Origin: Phycisphaerales bacterium
GTDB taxonomy: Bacteria; Planctomycetota; Phycisphaerae; Phycisphaerales; UBA1924
NCBI GenBank assembly: GCA_965227775.1
Contig: OZ245777.1
Coordinates: 1,696,001 to 1,760,000, forward strand
DNA length: 64,000 nt
Reading direction: 5' to 3'
Shown: positions 19,055-28,380 of the stretch, one piece after another
Numbering within the stretch: the first letter of the stretch is position 1
How the letters are laid out: each line of letters opens with the position of its first letter
Position numbers and translations under genes: made by a program
Notes under the pieces: generated by a model
Database searches by the model: none
The model's input: only the letters and a program-made list of their open reading frames with translations
Told to the model about the DNA's origin: nothing

Positions 19055-22000
19055 ATGCCCAGCACGACGACCGCGCCGATGGCGCGCCCGTGGAAGTTGT
19101 TTCTTGCCGCCGGCATGGCGCTCGGCCTGGCGGCCAGCGCCGCGACGGCGACGCCCGAGTGCCCCGCCGACATCGACGGCGACGGTGAGCTGACGATCTT
19201 CGACTTCCTCGGATTCCAGAACCTGTTCTCCGCGGGTGACCCGGCGGCGGACTTCGACGGCGATGGTTCGCTGACGATCTTCGACTTCCTGGAGTTCCAG
19301 AACCAATTCGATGCGGGCTGCCCGGAGGGCGGCATCATCGAGACGGAGCTGGCCGCGACCATCGTCGGCGGTTATCCCTTCTCGAGCCACGTCGATGCGT
19401 ACAACACCGGCACGACGGTGAACATCGCGATCGATCCCGGCCTGTTCCCTAGCGTCGCGGGTCAGACGGCCGACGTATACGTCGTGGCCAACAAGAGCCA
19501 GGCCGAGTGGGATGCCGATCCGAGCCTGACCGACGTGCGCGCTGGTGGGGCCCAGTCGGTTGACTTCGTGGCCGGCACCATCCAGGACAACACCTTCATC
19601 ATCGATGGATCGGCAACGCTGGCGGGCCCGGCGGGCGACGACATCGCGGGCATCTACGACCTCGTCGTCGATCTCGACGGTGACGGCACGCTCAGCGACG
19701 GCGACCTGATCGACGGCCGCGGCGACCTGGGCGGCTTTGCGATCTTCAAGAACCTGACCCAGCTCGGCCCGTACGCCACGGCGCCGGGCCTCGACTACGC
19801 GGTCAGCTGGCCGGGCATCGTGTCGAGCCGCAACCGGCAGCTGACGGTCTACCCGGAGAACATTGCCGATCTGCCGCCGCTGCCGCTGGTGGTCATCAGC
19901 CACGGCAACGGGCACGATTATCGCTGGTACGACTTCCTGCAGCAGAACCTGGCGAGCCACGGCTTCGTGGTGATGACCAACCAGAATGACACCGTTCCTG
20001 GCATCGAGACGGCCAGCACGACGACGTACCTGCACACCGACGCGTTCCTCGGCTCGCTGAACACCATTGGTGGCGGCGTGCTGGAGGGGCAGATCGATAC
20101 GAGCCGCATCATGTGGATCGGCCACAGCCGCGGCGGCGAGGGCGTGGCCCGTGCATTCACTCGCGTGCGCGACGGCCTTGTGACCACGCAGAATTACGAT
20201 TCGGACGACATTGTGCTTGTGTCCAGCATCGCGCCCAACAACTCGCTCGGCGCGGGCAGCACCGAGCCCGGTCTGGTCAACTTCCACTTGCTGTGGGGCT
20301 CGGCCGACGGCGACATCTCCGGTGCACCGTCAGCGGGCGTGAGCTCGTTCGCGATCCATGATCGCGCCGAAGGCAACCGGTACAGCACGTATATACACGG
20401 CGCTGATCACAACGACTTCAACTGCTGCGGCTTCAACGACTTCTCTGGTCCTCCCAGCACCGAGATCGGTCGAGCCGAGGCCCAGCGGGTCCAGATGGCC
20501 GTGTATCTGGTGCTCGCCAAGCTGCACGCCGAGGAGAGCATCGGTGGTCGCATGGCCACCGAATTCCTCTGGCGACAGGCCGAGAGCCTCGAGAGCCTGA
20601 GCGTGAGCCAGACCACTACGGTCGTGCGCGAGTATCGCGAGACGCTCGACGGTGATGATTTCTACATCGACGACTTCCAGACCAACGGGGATCTGGATCA
20701 GAGCAGCTCGGGCGGCGCGGTCACGCTGACCGTCAACAATGCCCAAGAGATCCTGCAGAGCGACTCGGACGGTTCGTATAGCTGGACCGGTTCGCAGCCG
20801 AGCAACGGCATGACCCGCTCGACGGGTGGCGACGACTCGCGCGGCCTGGTGTTCGACTGGACGAGCGACAGCTTCATCGAGTTCGCGGTCATCCCGGGTG
20901 AGCGTGACTTCACCGACGACTTCTTCTTCAGCTTCCGCGCCGCCCAGGGCACGCGGCACCCGCAGACGGCCGCCCAGCTGGGCGACCTGACCTTCACCGT
21001 GAGCCTGCGTGATGGTGACGGCACGACCAGCTCCATCCAGACTGGCGTGTACGGTGGCGGCGTTGAAGAGCCCTACCAGCGCACCGGCTCTGGCTCGGGT
21101 GCGGGCTGGCAGAATGAGTACGAGACCACCCGCATCCGCCTGGACGACTTCCTCGTCAACGGCAGCGGGCTGGACCTCTCGAACATTGAAGCCGTCCGCT
21201 TCGACTTCGGCCCGAGCTTCGGGTCGTCGGTGGGGCGCCTTGGCCTCGATGACATCTACGTGAACAACAACCGTGCGCCGCTGGGCATCGACTTCGACCT
21301 TGAGACCCTGATTCCCGACATCGTGGCGCCGGGTGAGGCCGTGACGTTCGAGATCGAGATCAAGGCCAAGGACGGCGAGGCGCTCGTCGGCGGCTCGGAG
21401 GTCCTGCGGTACCGCTTCGACGGCGGGTCGTTCATCGACGTGCCGCTCGTGAGTCTGGGCGACGATCTCTACGAGGGCACGGTGCCTGCCGCGGCTTGCG
21501 GAGATACGCCCGAGTTCTTCGTGGCGGCCGAGGGCACGGTCAGCGGCGAGGTGGTCTTCCCGCCGACGGCGCCGAGCGACTTCTTTAGCTATCAAGTTGC
21601 CAACCAGACATTCATCGTCGATCTCGACTTCGAGACGGCGGTGGGCTGGACGGTCGAGAACATCGAGCTGACCGATGGAGCCTGGGACCGAGGCGTGCCC
21701 GCGGCCGGTGGTCGCGGTGATCCGTTTGCCGACTTCGACGGTTCGGGCCAGTGCTGGCTGACCGACAACGTTGCGGGCAACAGCGATGTTGACGGCGGTC
21801 CGACGATCCTGATCTCGCCGGTGTACGACCTGAGCGCGACGCCCGACGCGCAGCTCAGCTACGCCCGTTGGTTCACCAACGACGACCTGGACGTCGACAC
21901 CATGGACGTCGAGGTCTCCAACAACGGTGGGCTCGACTGGGTGACCATCGAGAGCACCGGCGACGCTGCAGGCTGGGTCAAGAAGACCTGGATGCTCAGC

Positions 22001-22120
22001 GACTTCGTGCCCGTGACGAGCCAGATGCGGTTCCGCTTCCTGGCCACCGACAACCCCAACGACTCGGTGACCGAGGCAGGCCTGGACGCGTTCCAGATCT
22101 TCACCACAAGCTGCCCGTAA
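19055..22120 (+). CDS. Large secreted alpha/beta-hydrolase with N-terminal GC-type dockerin and C-terminal beta-rich domains
   Basis: Signal peptide; CPADIDGDGELTIFDFL..FQN..DAGC directly after it; VISHGNG, GHSRGG, GSADGD, GADHNDF; GAGGAG RBS. Confidence 0.8.
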   Translation: MPSTTTAPMARPWKLFLAAGMALGLAASAATATPECPADIDGDGELTIFDFLGFQNLFSAGDPAADFDGDGSLTIFDFLEFQNQFDAGCPEGGIIETELAATIVGGYPFSSHVDAYNTGTTVNIAIDPGLFPSVAGQTADVYVVANKSQAEWDADPSLTDVRAGGAQSVDFVAGTIQDNTFIIDGSATLAGPAGDDIAGIYDLVVDLDGDGTLSDGDLIDGRGDLGGFAIFKNLTQLGPYATAPGLDYAVSWPGIVSSRNRQLTVYPENIADLPPLPLVVISHGNGHDYRWYDFLQQNLASHGFVVMTNQNDTVPGIETASTTTYLHTDAFLGSLNTIGGGVLEGQIDTSRIMWIGHSRGGEGVARAFTRVRDGLVTTQNYDSDDIVLVSSIAPNNSLGAGSTEPGLVNFHLLWGSADGDISGAPSAGVSSFAIHDRAEGNRYSTYIHGADHNDFNCCGFNDFSGPPSTEIGRAEAQRVQMAVYLVLAKLHAEESIGGRMATEFLWRQAESLESLSVSQTTTVVREYRETLDGDDFYIDDFQTNGDLDQSSSGGAVTLTVNNAQEILQSDSDGSYSWTGSQPSNGMTRSTGGDDSRGLVFDWTSDSFIEFAVIPGERDFTDDFFFSFRAAQGTRHPQTAAQLGDLTFTVSLRDGDGTTSSIQTGVYGGGVEEPYQRTGSGSGAGWQNEYETTRIRLDDFLVNGSGLDLSNIEAVRFDFGPSFGSSVGRLGLDDIYVNNNRAPLGIDFDLETLIPDIVAPGEAVTFEIEIKAKDGEALVGGSEVLRYRFDGGSFIDVPLVSLGDDLYEGTVPAAACGDTPEFFVAAEGTVSGEVVFPPTAPSDFFSYQVANQTFIVDLDFETAVGWTVENIELTDGAWDRGVPAAGGRGDPFADFDGSGQCWLTDNVAGNSDVDGGPTILISPVYDLSATPDAQLSYARWFTNDDLDVDTMDVEVSNNGGLDWVTIESTGDAAGWVKKTWMLSDFVPVTSQMRFRFLATDNPNDSVTEAGLDAFQIFTTSCP
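19160..19321 (+). repeat. GC-type dockerin module (N-terminal copy); dispersed repeat also at 32661..32825, 40589..40753, 42067..42231, 43910..44074 and, degenerate, 38658..38834
   Basis: C-x-x-D-x-D-G-D-G-x-L-T-I-F-D-F-L-x-F/Y-Q-N repeated twice, ending DAGC. Confidence 0.9.
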
Positions 22121-22154
22121 CTCGAAAGAAACCGGTAGCGTGAGGTTCGATTCT

Positions 22155-22189
22155 GGCGGGGCCCGTGCGAGACGCGGGCCCCGCCTTTT
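22155..22189 (+). terminator. Intrinsic terminator
   Basis: GGCGGGGCCCGTG-CGAGA-CGCGGGCCCCGCC hairpin followed by TTTT, between convergent genes. Confidence 0.75.
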
Positions 22190-22192
22190 CGT

Positions 22193-22966
22193 TTAGATCG
22201 CGTCGGCGACGATTGACGACACGCCGAGTGTGCGGCGGGCACGTTCCGCGTCGCTCTGCGTGCGGAATCGGCCGACGTGTACGAGGTAGAGCACGCGACC
22301 GTCGCGGGTGGCCAGCTCGATGCGAGGCTCGCCAAGCCCGCTCGTGCGCGCGGCGGAGCTGACCTCTGTGACGCGCTGCGACGCTCGCGTGCGCGTGCTG
22401 TAGGCGCCCATCTGCAGCGTGTAGCCGCCCGCGGCGAATCCCGGGGCGCCGGTGCGCGCGGGTTCGAACATGCCAACGGAACGGCGGCGCATGCGTTCGG
22501 CGTCGCTGGTGCGACCTGCCTGCTCGTAGGCCTGGGCGGCAACGCGTGCGGCCTCGCGTGCGTCTGCCCCATCAAGCTGGACGCTGGCCGCCTCGAGTTG
22601 GCGGGCGGATTGCAGCGGGTCGCCCGTGCGTAGCTCGATGAGGGCCAGTCCCGCCTGGGCCCGGGCCGCGCGGTCTCCCGAGCCGCGGGCGATGGGCTGG
22701 AGCCACGCGCGGGCGGTGGCGTCGTCGCGCATGGCCTCGGCGCTGAGCCCGGCGACGAGTGCGGCATCGGAGTTGCCGCCGGGCCTGCCCTCGACCGCTT
22801 GGGCGCGCGCCAGCGCGGCGCCGTATTGCCCGGCTTCGTAGTACTCGCGGTACGAGGCCTGCCTGCCGCCGCTGGCGCATGCCCCGAGCGCCAGGCTTGC
22901 GAGCATCAGGGCAAGCGTGCATGTCCGACGCGCGGCCGCCGGCTTAGTTAGTGGTCGGTCTACCAT
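22193..22966 (-). CDS. SPOR-domain lipoprotein with TPR-like region
   Basis: Lipobox LGAC; C-terminal YTLQMGAYS...LYLVHVGRF SPOR signature. Confidence 0.75.
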   Translation of the reverse strand: MVDRPLTKPAAARRTCTLALMLASLALGACASGGRQASYREYYEAGQYGAALARAQAVEGRPGGNSDAALVAGLSAEAMRDDATARAWLQPIARGSGDRAARAQAGLALIELRTGDPLQSARQLEAASVQLDGADAREAARVAAQAYEQAGRTSDAERMRRRSVGMFEPARTGAPGFAAGGYTLQMGAYSTRTRASQRVTEVSSAARTSGLGEPRIELATRDGRVLYLVHVGRFRTQSDAERARRTLGVSSIVADAI

Positions 22967-23039
22967 GCGCACATCCTTCGCGTCTCGATCGCTCCGGGCA
23001 GGAGGCCCGCCGCACGAGCGTGAAACGGGGGCCCGAGCC

Positions 23040-24536
23040 TTGAGCATCCAATGGTCGTTGCTGCGGAGTCTGATCCGCCACGGACGGAAGACGCTGGTCG
23101 TCGATGACCGCTCGAGCTACACGGGATTGAAGATCCTGGCGGCCAGCTACTTCGTGGCTGCGGAGATCGAGCGGCGGTGCCACACCGACACGGTCGGCGT
23201 CATGCTGCCCACGAGCGGCGGATTCCCGATCGCTGCCCTGGCCGGGTGGATGCTTGGCAAGACGGTCGTGCCGCTGAACTACCTACTGAAGCAGGAAGAG
23301 CTGCAGTACGTCATCGACCACTGCGGCTGCGACACGATCGTGACGGCCGGCCCGATGCTCGAGTTTCTGGGCTACGAGCCTCGTTGCAAGCACCTCATCA
23401 AGCTCGACGAGGTCAACTTCAAGGGGGTGCCCGAGCTGCGATGGCCGGCTCGGTCGAACCTCGATGATCTTGCCGTGCTGCTGTATACCTCTGGCACCAG
23501 CGGGCGGCCCAAGGGTGTGATGCTGACGCACGCGAATCTGCTGAGCAACATCCGGCAGATCGACAACTTCGTGCAGTTCACACGCGACAACCACACCTTC
23601 CTGAGCGTGCTGCCGCAGTTCCACAGCTTTGGCCTGACCGTGATGACACTGTTGCCGCTGCTGCTCGGCCAGCGCGTGGTGTACACAGCCCGGTTCGTGC
23701 CGCAGGCGGTCGTCAAGCTGTTCCGCGAGCACCAGCCGACGGTGTTCGTGGGAATCCCCTCGATGTATGGCGCCTTGCTCTCGGTGAAGTCGGCAACGGC
23801 CGAGGACTTCTCCAAGATCCGCTACGCCGTCTCGGGTGGTGAACCGCTGCCGCAGGACATCTTTCGTCGATTCCAGGAACGCTTCGGCGTGGCTATCCAC
23901 GAGGGGTACGGGCTCACCGAGACCAGCCCGGTCACGCACTGGTGCCGGCCGACGGAGTTCCGGGCGCACTGCGTCGGGCTGCCGCTGCCCGAGGTCGAGC
24001 AACGCATCACCTGTGTCGAGCGTGGGCGCACGCTGCGGCCGGGCGAAGACGGCGAGATTCGCGTGAAGGGGCCCAACGTCATGAAGGGCTACTACAAGCA
24101 GGAGACCGAGACCGCGCGCGTGTTCGACGGCGATGGATTCTTCCGCACGGGCGACATCGGCCACGTCGACGAGGTCGGCCGGCTGCTCATCACAGGCCGG
24201 TTGAAAGAGATGATGATCGTCGGCGGCGAGAATGTCTTCCCACGCGAGATCGAGGAGGTGCTGAACCACCACCCCGATGTGCTCGCTTCGGGTGTCACGA
24301 GCCGGGCCGACCCGATGCGCGGCGAGGAGATCGTCGCGTTCGTCGAGCCCGAGGAGGGCGCCTCGCCCGAGCCGCAGGCGCTCAAGGCCTGGTGCAAGGA
24401 GAAGCTGGCGGGCTACAAGGTGCCGCGTGAGGTGCGTGTCGTCGAGGCCTTGCCGAGGAATCCGACAGGCAAGATCATGCGGCGCGAGCTCAAGGCCGTG
24501 CTGGAACGCGAGGCGGCGGCTACGGTTTCGACCTGA
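23040..24536 (+). CDS. AMP-binding acyl-CoA/acyl-ACP ligase
   Basis: LYTSGTSGRPKG, EGYGLTE, FRTGDIG, TGKI; start (TTG 23040) uncertain. Confidence 0.88.
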   Translation: MSIQWSLLRSLIRHGRKTLVVDDRSSYTGLKILAASYFVAAEIERRCHTDTVGVMLPTSGGFPIAALAGWMLGKTVVPLNYLLKQEELQYVIDHCGCDTIVTAGPMLEFLGYEPRCKHLIKLDEVNFKGVPELRWPARSNLDDLAVLLYTSGTSGRPKGVMLTHANLLSNIRQIDNFVQFTRDNHTFLSVLPQFHSFGLTVMTLLPLLLGQRVVYTARFVPQAVVKLFREHQPTVFVGIPSMYGALLSVKSATAEDFSKIRYAVSGGEPLPQDIFRRFQERFGVAIHEGYGLTETSPVTHWCRPTEFRAHCVGLPLPEVEQRITCVERGRTLRPGEDGEIRVKGPNVMKGYYKQETETARVFDGDGFFRTGDIGHVDEVGRLLITGRLKEMMIVGGENVFPREIEEVLNHHPDVLASGVTSRADPMRGEEIVAFVEPEEGASPEPQALKAWCKEKLAGYKVPREVRVVEALPRNPTGKIMRRELKAVLEREAAATVST

Positions 24537-24609
24537 TCCGTTCGCGCGCTGGGAAGTCACCCAGGGTGCGTGGGACTCGTCATTTTCCAGCCCCCAAGGA
24601 ACCGCCCGC

Positions 24610-25254
24610 GTGGAACTCTACATCGACACGGCCAACCTCGACCAGATCCGCCAGGCCCACGAGATGGGCGTCCTCGACGGCGTGACGACCAACCCCACGC
24701 TCATCGCGAAGGAAGGCGTCGATTACGGCACGCGGCTGGCGGACATTTGCGAGGTCGTCTCAGGCCCCGTGTCCGCGGAGGTCATCGCGACGAAGTTTGG
24801 CGAGATGCTCGCTGAGGGCAAGGACCGCGCGAGCATCGCCGAAAACATCGTGGTGAAGCTGCCCAGCACGGTTGATGGCCTTCGCGCGTGCAAGGCGCTC
24901 AGCGACGAGGGCATTCGCACGAACATGACGCTGTGCTTCCAGTCGCTGCAGGCGCTCATGGTTGCCAAGGCGGGGGCGTACCTCGTCAGCCCGTTCATCG
25001 GCCGGATCGACGACATCGGCGAAGACGGCATGGAGCTGATCGTCAAGATCCGACAGATCTACGACAACTACGGCATGGCAACGAAGATCCTTGCGGCCTC
25101 GATCCGCCACCCGAACCACCTGCTGCAGTGTGCGATGGTGGGGGCCGACGTGGCAACGGTGCCGTTCGATGTCATCGGCAAGGTCATGAACCATCCTCTG
25201 ACCGACTCGGGGCTCGAGCGATTCCTCGCCGACTACAAGAAGGCGTTCGGCTGA
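24610..25254 (+). CDS. tal: Transaldolase / fructose-6-phosphate aldolase family
   Basis: YIDTAN, GVTTNPT, VVKLP, SPFIGRIDD, LAASIR, HPLTD; AAGGA RBS before GTG. Confidence 0.9.
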   Translation: MELYIDTANLDQIRQAHEMGVLDGVTTNPTLIAKEGVDYGTRLADICEVVSGPVSAEVIATKFGEMLAEGKDRASIAENIVVKLPSTVDGLRACKALSDEGIRTNMTLCFQSLQALMVAKAGAYLVSPFIGRIDDIGEDGMELIVKIRQIYDNYGMATKILAASIRHPNHLLQCAMVGADVATVPFDVIGKVMNHPLTDSGLERFLADYKKAFG

Positions 25255-25255
25255 G

Positions 25256-25744
25256 TCAATAGCCGTTGACGGGGCGTTTCAGGCGCGCCAAAACCTCAAC
25301 TTCGACGGGCGCCGCGAGCGGCAGCGACGAGCAGCCGACGGCGGCGCGTGCGTGCCGGCCGTGCTCGCCAAAGACCTGTTGGAAGAGTTCGCTCGCGCCA
25401 TTGCCAACCTTGGGGTGATCGGTGAACGCCGGCCCGCAGGCAACGAAGATGCCCAGGCGGACAATGCCGGCGATGTTGTCAAGCCCGCCGGCGTACTCGT
25501 GCAGGGCGGCGAGGGCGTTGATCCCGCACGTGCGGGCGAGGGCCTGGGCCTGGTCGAGGCTGACATCTACGCCGACAAGGCCGGTATGCGGGAGGGCCCC
25601 ACTCACGAATGGGAGCTGCCCACTGACGTAGGCGTGGTCACCGTCGACGCGGACTGGCACGTACGACGCGACGGCCGGTGGCGGCTTGGGAAGCTCGATG
25701 CCGAGACCGGTAAGAGTTTGGTTAATATTCGGATTCTCGGGCAT
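25256..25744 (-). CDS. RidA/YjgF family protein
   Basis: YVSGQLP, HPKVGNGASEL, GRHARAAVG..SLP..APVEVE. Confidence 0.88.
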   Translation of the reverse strand: MPENPNINQTLTGLGIELPKPPPAVASYVPVRVDGDHAYVSGQLPFVSGALPHTGLVGVDVSLDQAQALARTCGINALAALHEYAGGLDNIAGIVRLGIFVACGPAFTDHPKVGNGASELFQQVFGEHGRHARAAVGCSSLPLAAPVEVEVLARLKRPVNGY

Positions 25745-25823
25745 CTGTGGCTCTCGTTTGGAAAATGATTGGTAGAATTGGTACGAAATTCACTGAAAGT
25801 GGGTCCGATCGCAACCATCGGGC

Positions 25824-25851
25824 TTGACTCACGAATCGATTCCAGTAATCT
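25824..25851 (+). promoter_or_regulatory. Candidate sigma-70 promoter for the pilin-like gene
   Basis: TTGACT-N16-TAATCT with AT-rich sequence upstream. Confidence 0.5.
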
Positions 25852-25856
25852 GTACG

Positions 25857-26180
25857 CGCTACGCGTAGCGGGAAGGGGACTCCAGCGGGTATACGCAACA
25901 CCGTTCTGATGGGACGACATCGCTCGCCCACGTCATCAGCACCCGCTTGAGACACACTTCCGACATCTTGACGATCGCTCCGGCCGGCCCCACGGGGCCA
26001 GCATCAGGCCGCCAGCGATCAGCCCCGCCCAGGCATCGCGTGCTCGTGATGCTCCTGGCATAGCCGAGACCAGGGTCGGCGGGTGCACGGAAACATGACT
26101 CGGCTCCGCTTGGTCCGCACGGTATTGTGGGCCGCTGATGATGTCCGGCCGCTTTGCACATCGGTGCGAGCTGCCGGGGA
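25857..26180 (+). ncRNA. Candidate structured 5' leader RNA (family unknown)
   Basis: Several consecutive stems readable by eye between the putative promoter and the RBS (see findings). Confidence 0.35.
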
Positions 26181-26197
26181 ATTTGGAGCAACGTTCC

Positions 26198-27220
26198 ATG
26201 AAGACGATCAAGAACCGCAAGGCGTTCACGCTGATCGAGCTGCTGGTGGTCATCGCGATCATCGCACTGCTGATCGGCATCCTGCTGCCGGCTCTGGGCA
26301 AGGCTCGCGCCACCGCCCGCCAGCTGAAGGATTCGACCCAGGTCCGTGGCATCGTTCAGGCCATGGCCATCTGGGCCCAGAACAACCAGGAGCAGTACCC
26401 CATCCCGAGCCGCGTCGACCGTAACGGCGACACGCTGGGTGGCCCTTCGCCGACTCCTGACTTCAGCAAGGACACCACGGGCAACGCCCTGTCGCTGCTG
26501 ATCTTCAACGGCTTCTTCCCCGTTGAACTCGCCGTCAGCCCGGCCGAAGCCGGCGACGTCGAGCAGATGGAAGACTACGAGAGCGCCCAGCCCCAGGAAG
26601 CTGAGGAGCCCGAGTCCGCCCTGTGGGACCCGCGCTTCCGCGGCACGCCCTTCGACAACAACGACGGCGTGAGCTACCCGTCGGGTACCAGCGGCCCGAG
26701 CAACAACTCGTACGCCCAGGTTCCCTACTTCGGCGCTCGCAACCGCATCTGGAGCAACACCTTCAGCTCGACCGACGCCATCCTGGGCAACCGTGGCCCG
26801 GCGTACCAGATCGACGGTTCGGGCGAGACCGCGACCTGGGACCTCGCCGAGGACAGCGACGTCGGCGATCGCTCGGTGACCCTGCTGATCCACGGCTCGA
26901 AGACCCAGTGGGCCGGCAACACTGGCTACAACGATCAGCACGTCGAGTTCCACACCCGTCCCGATCCGGAGAACCTGACCTTCACGTTTACCGGTAGCGG
27001 CTCGGGCAGCGCGTTCACCCGTCCGGACAACCTGTTCGTGTCGGAGAACGACGAGACCGGTCAGTCGGCCAGCGGCGTTCCGAGCAGCTCGGAGCACACC
27101 ATCCGCTCGACCAGCACCGGTGGCACCCAGGCCCTCGACATGAGCAACGCGTACCTGCGTCCTGTCATCGAGGTCCAGCGCGCCGGCATCACATACACGG
27201 TCGACGTCTGGCTCGACTAA
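26198..27220 (+). CDS. Prepilin-type N-terminal cleavage/methylation protein (planctomycete type)
   Basis: KA-FTLIELLVVIAIIALLIGILLPALGKAR; GGAG RBS. Confidence 0.9.
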   Translation: MKTIKNRKAFTLIELLVVIAIIALLIGILLPALGKARATARQLKDSTQVRGIVQAMAIWAQNNQEQYPIPSRVDRNGDTLGGPSPTPDFSKDTTGNALSLLIFNGFFPVELAVSPAEAGDVEQMEDYESAQPQEAEEPESALWDPRFRGTPFDNNDGVSYPSGTSGPSNNSYAQVPYFGARNRIWSNTFSSTDAILGNRGPAYQIDGSGETATWDLAEDSDVGDRSVTLLIHGSKTQWAGNTGYNDQHVEFHTRPDPENLTFTFTGSGSGSAFTRPDNLFVSENDETGQSASGVPSSSEHTIRSTSTGGTQALDMSNAYLRPVIEVQRAGITYTVDVWLD

Positions 27221-27277
27221 GTCCGATTTTCATCGGACGCTCGGGCCGGGTTCTCGGCCTGATAGCTTGATTTCTTG

Positions 27278-27311
27278 ACGCCGCGGGCCCTCTGGCCCGC
27301 GGCGTTTTTTT
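27278..27311 (+). terminator. Intrinsic terminator
   Basis: ACGCCGCGGGCC-CTCT-GGCCCGCGGCGT followed by a T run. Confidence 0.85.
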
Positions 27312-27390
27312 GTTTGCCCAGACTACCAGCCGGAACCAAAACGACCGCTTGACGTAAAATTTACAGATGGGGAATCGGGGGCTCTTTGCG

Positions 27391-28359
27391 ATGCAAGTGA
27401 AACAGATGGCACGTCGATCCAATGCACGGGCGTTCACGCTCATCGAGCTCTTGGTGGTCATCGCGATCATCGCGCTTCTCATCGGCATCCTGCTGCCGGC
27501 GCTGGGCCAGGCGCGGCTGGTGGCCCGCCAGGTGAAGGACGCCACGCAGGTGCGCGGTGTTGCGCAGGGCATGGCGGTGTGGGCGCAATCGAACAACGAG
27601 CGGTACCCGTTGCCGGGCGAGGTCGATCGGAATAATGCCACTGTGGCGGCGACCGAGCGCGAGATCAAGAACAACACGGGCAACATCCTCTCGCTCATGG
27701 TGTTCAACGGGCTGTTGCCGGTTGAACTGCTCGTGAGCCCGGCCGAGGCGAGCGATCGCATCCAGGTTGATGCGGGATATGAGGACAGGCTTCCGAGCGC
27801 GGCGCTCGATCCGGAGTTCGCGGTCTTCGATCCGGGATTCGCCGGCGTGCCCAGCGAGCGAACCGGGAGCGCGGGTGGGCCTGTGCGGCGCCTCGATGGT
27901 CAGATCGGGTTCACCTCGTACGCCCACTCGGCGCCGTTTGGTGATCGCCAGAAGATCTGGGGCGCGACCAACGAGTCGCAGCAGGCGCTCATCGGCAACC
28001 GCGGGCCGACGTACGGCGGCGATCCTGGTGATTGGTACCTCGCGCCTGGCTTCTTTGGTGAGGACAGCAAGACCCTGCTCATTCATGGCCGCAAGAACGA
28101 GTGGGCGGGCAACATCGCCTACAACGACATGCGGGTCGTGTACGAGTTGCGACCCGACCCGCAGGCGTTGACGTTTGTGTTCCGCGACTATGACAAGCCG
28201 ACACAGGCGGACAACCTGTTCGTCAACGAGGACGACGATCGTGGTTCGCCGGCGCAGCCCGATCAGCGGATCGGAATCGGAGAGAACGCTTTCCTGCGGC
28301 CCTACAAGAACGTTCGCCGAGAGGGATCGATCTTTATCGCTGACCCATTCTGGGACTGA
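27391..28359 (+). CDS. Prepilin-type N-terminal cleavage/methylation protein, paralog of 26198..27220
   Basis: RA-FTLIELLVVIAIIALLIGILLPALGQAR; shares TGN.LSL..FNG..PVEL.VSPAEA, GNRGP, HG....WAGN..YND and DNLFV with the upstream copy. Confidence 0.9.
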   Translation: MQVKQMARRSNARAFTLIELLVVIAIIALLIGILLPALGQARLVARQVKDATQVRGVAQGMAVWAQSNNERYPLPGEVDRNNATVAATEREIKNNTGNILSLMVFNGLLPVELLVSPAEASDRIQVDAGYEDRLPSAALDPEFAVFDPGFAGVPSERTGSAGGPVRRLDGQIGFTSYAHSAPFGDRQKIWGATNESQQALIGNRGPTYGGDPGDWYLAPGFFGEDSKTLLIHGRKNEWAGNIAYNDMRVVYELRPDPQALTFVFRDYDKPTQADNLFVNEDDDRGSPAQPDQRIGIGENAFLRPYKNVRREGSIFIADPFWD

Positions 28360-28380
28360 CTCGCTCGCAGCCTGTGGCGG

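Noticed and set aside
22125..22160. GGTTCGATTCT resembling a tRNA T-loop
   Set aside because: The T-stem does not pair, and there is no cloverleaf or CCA; the sequence runs into a terminator hairpin
25857..26180. c-di-GMP or other known riboswitch in the pilin leader
   Set aside because: I could not find the c-di-GMP-I consensus (GCAAA / GNRA tetraloop arrangement) or another known aptamer by eye; kept only as an unknown structured RNA
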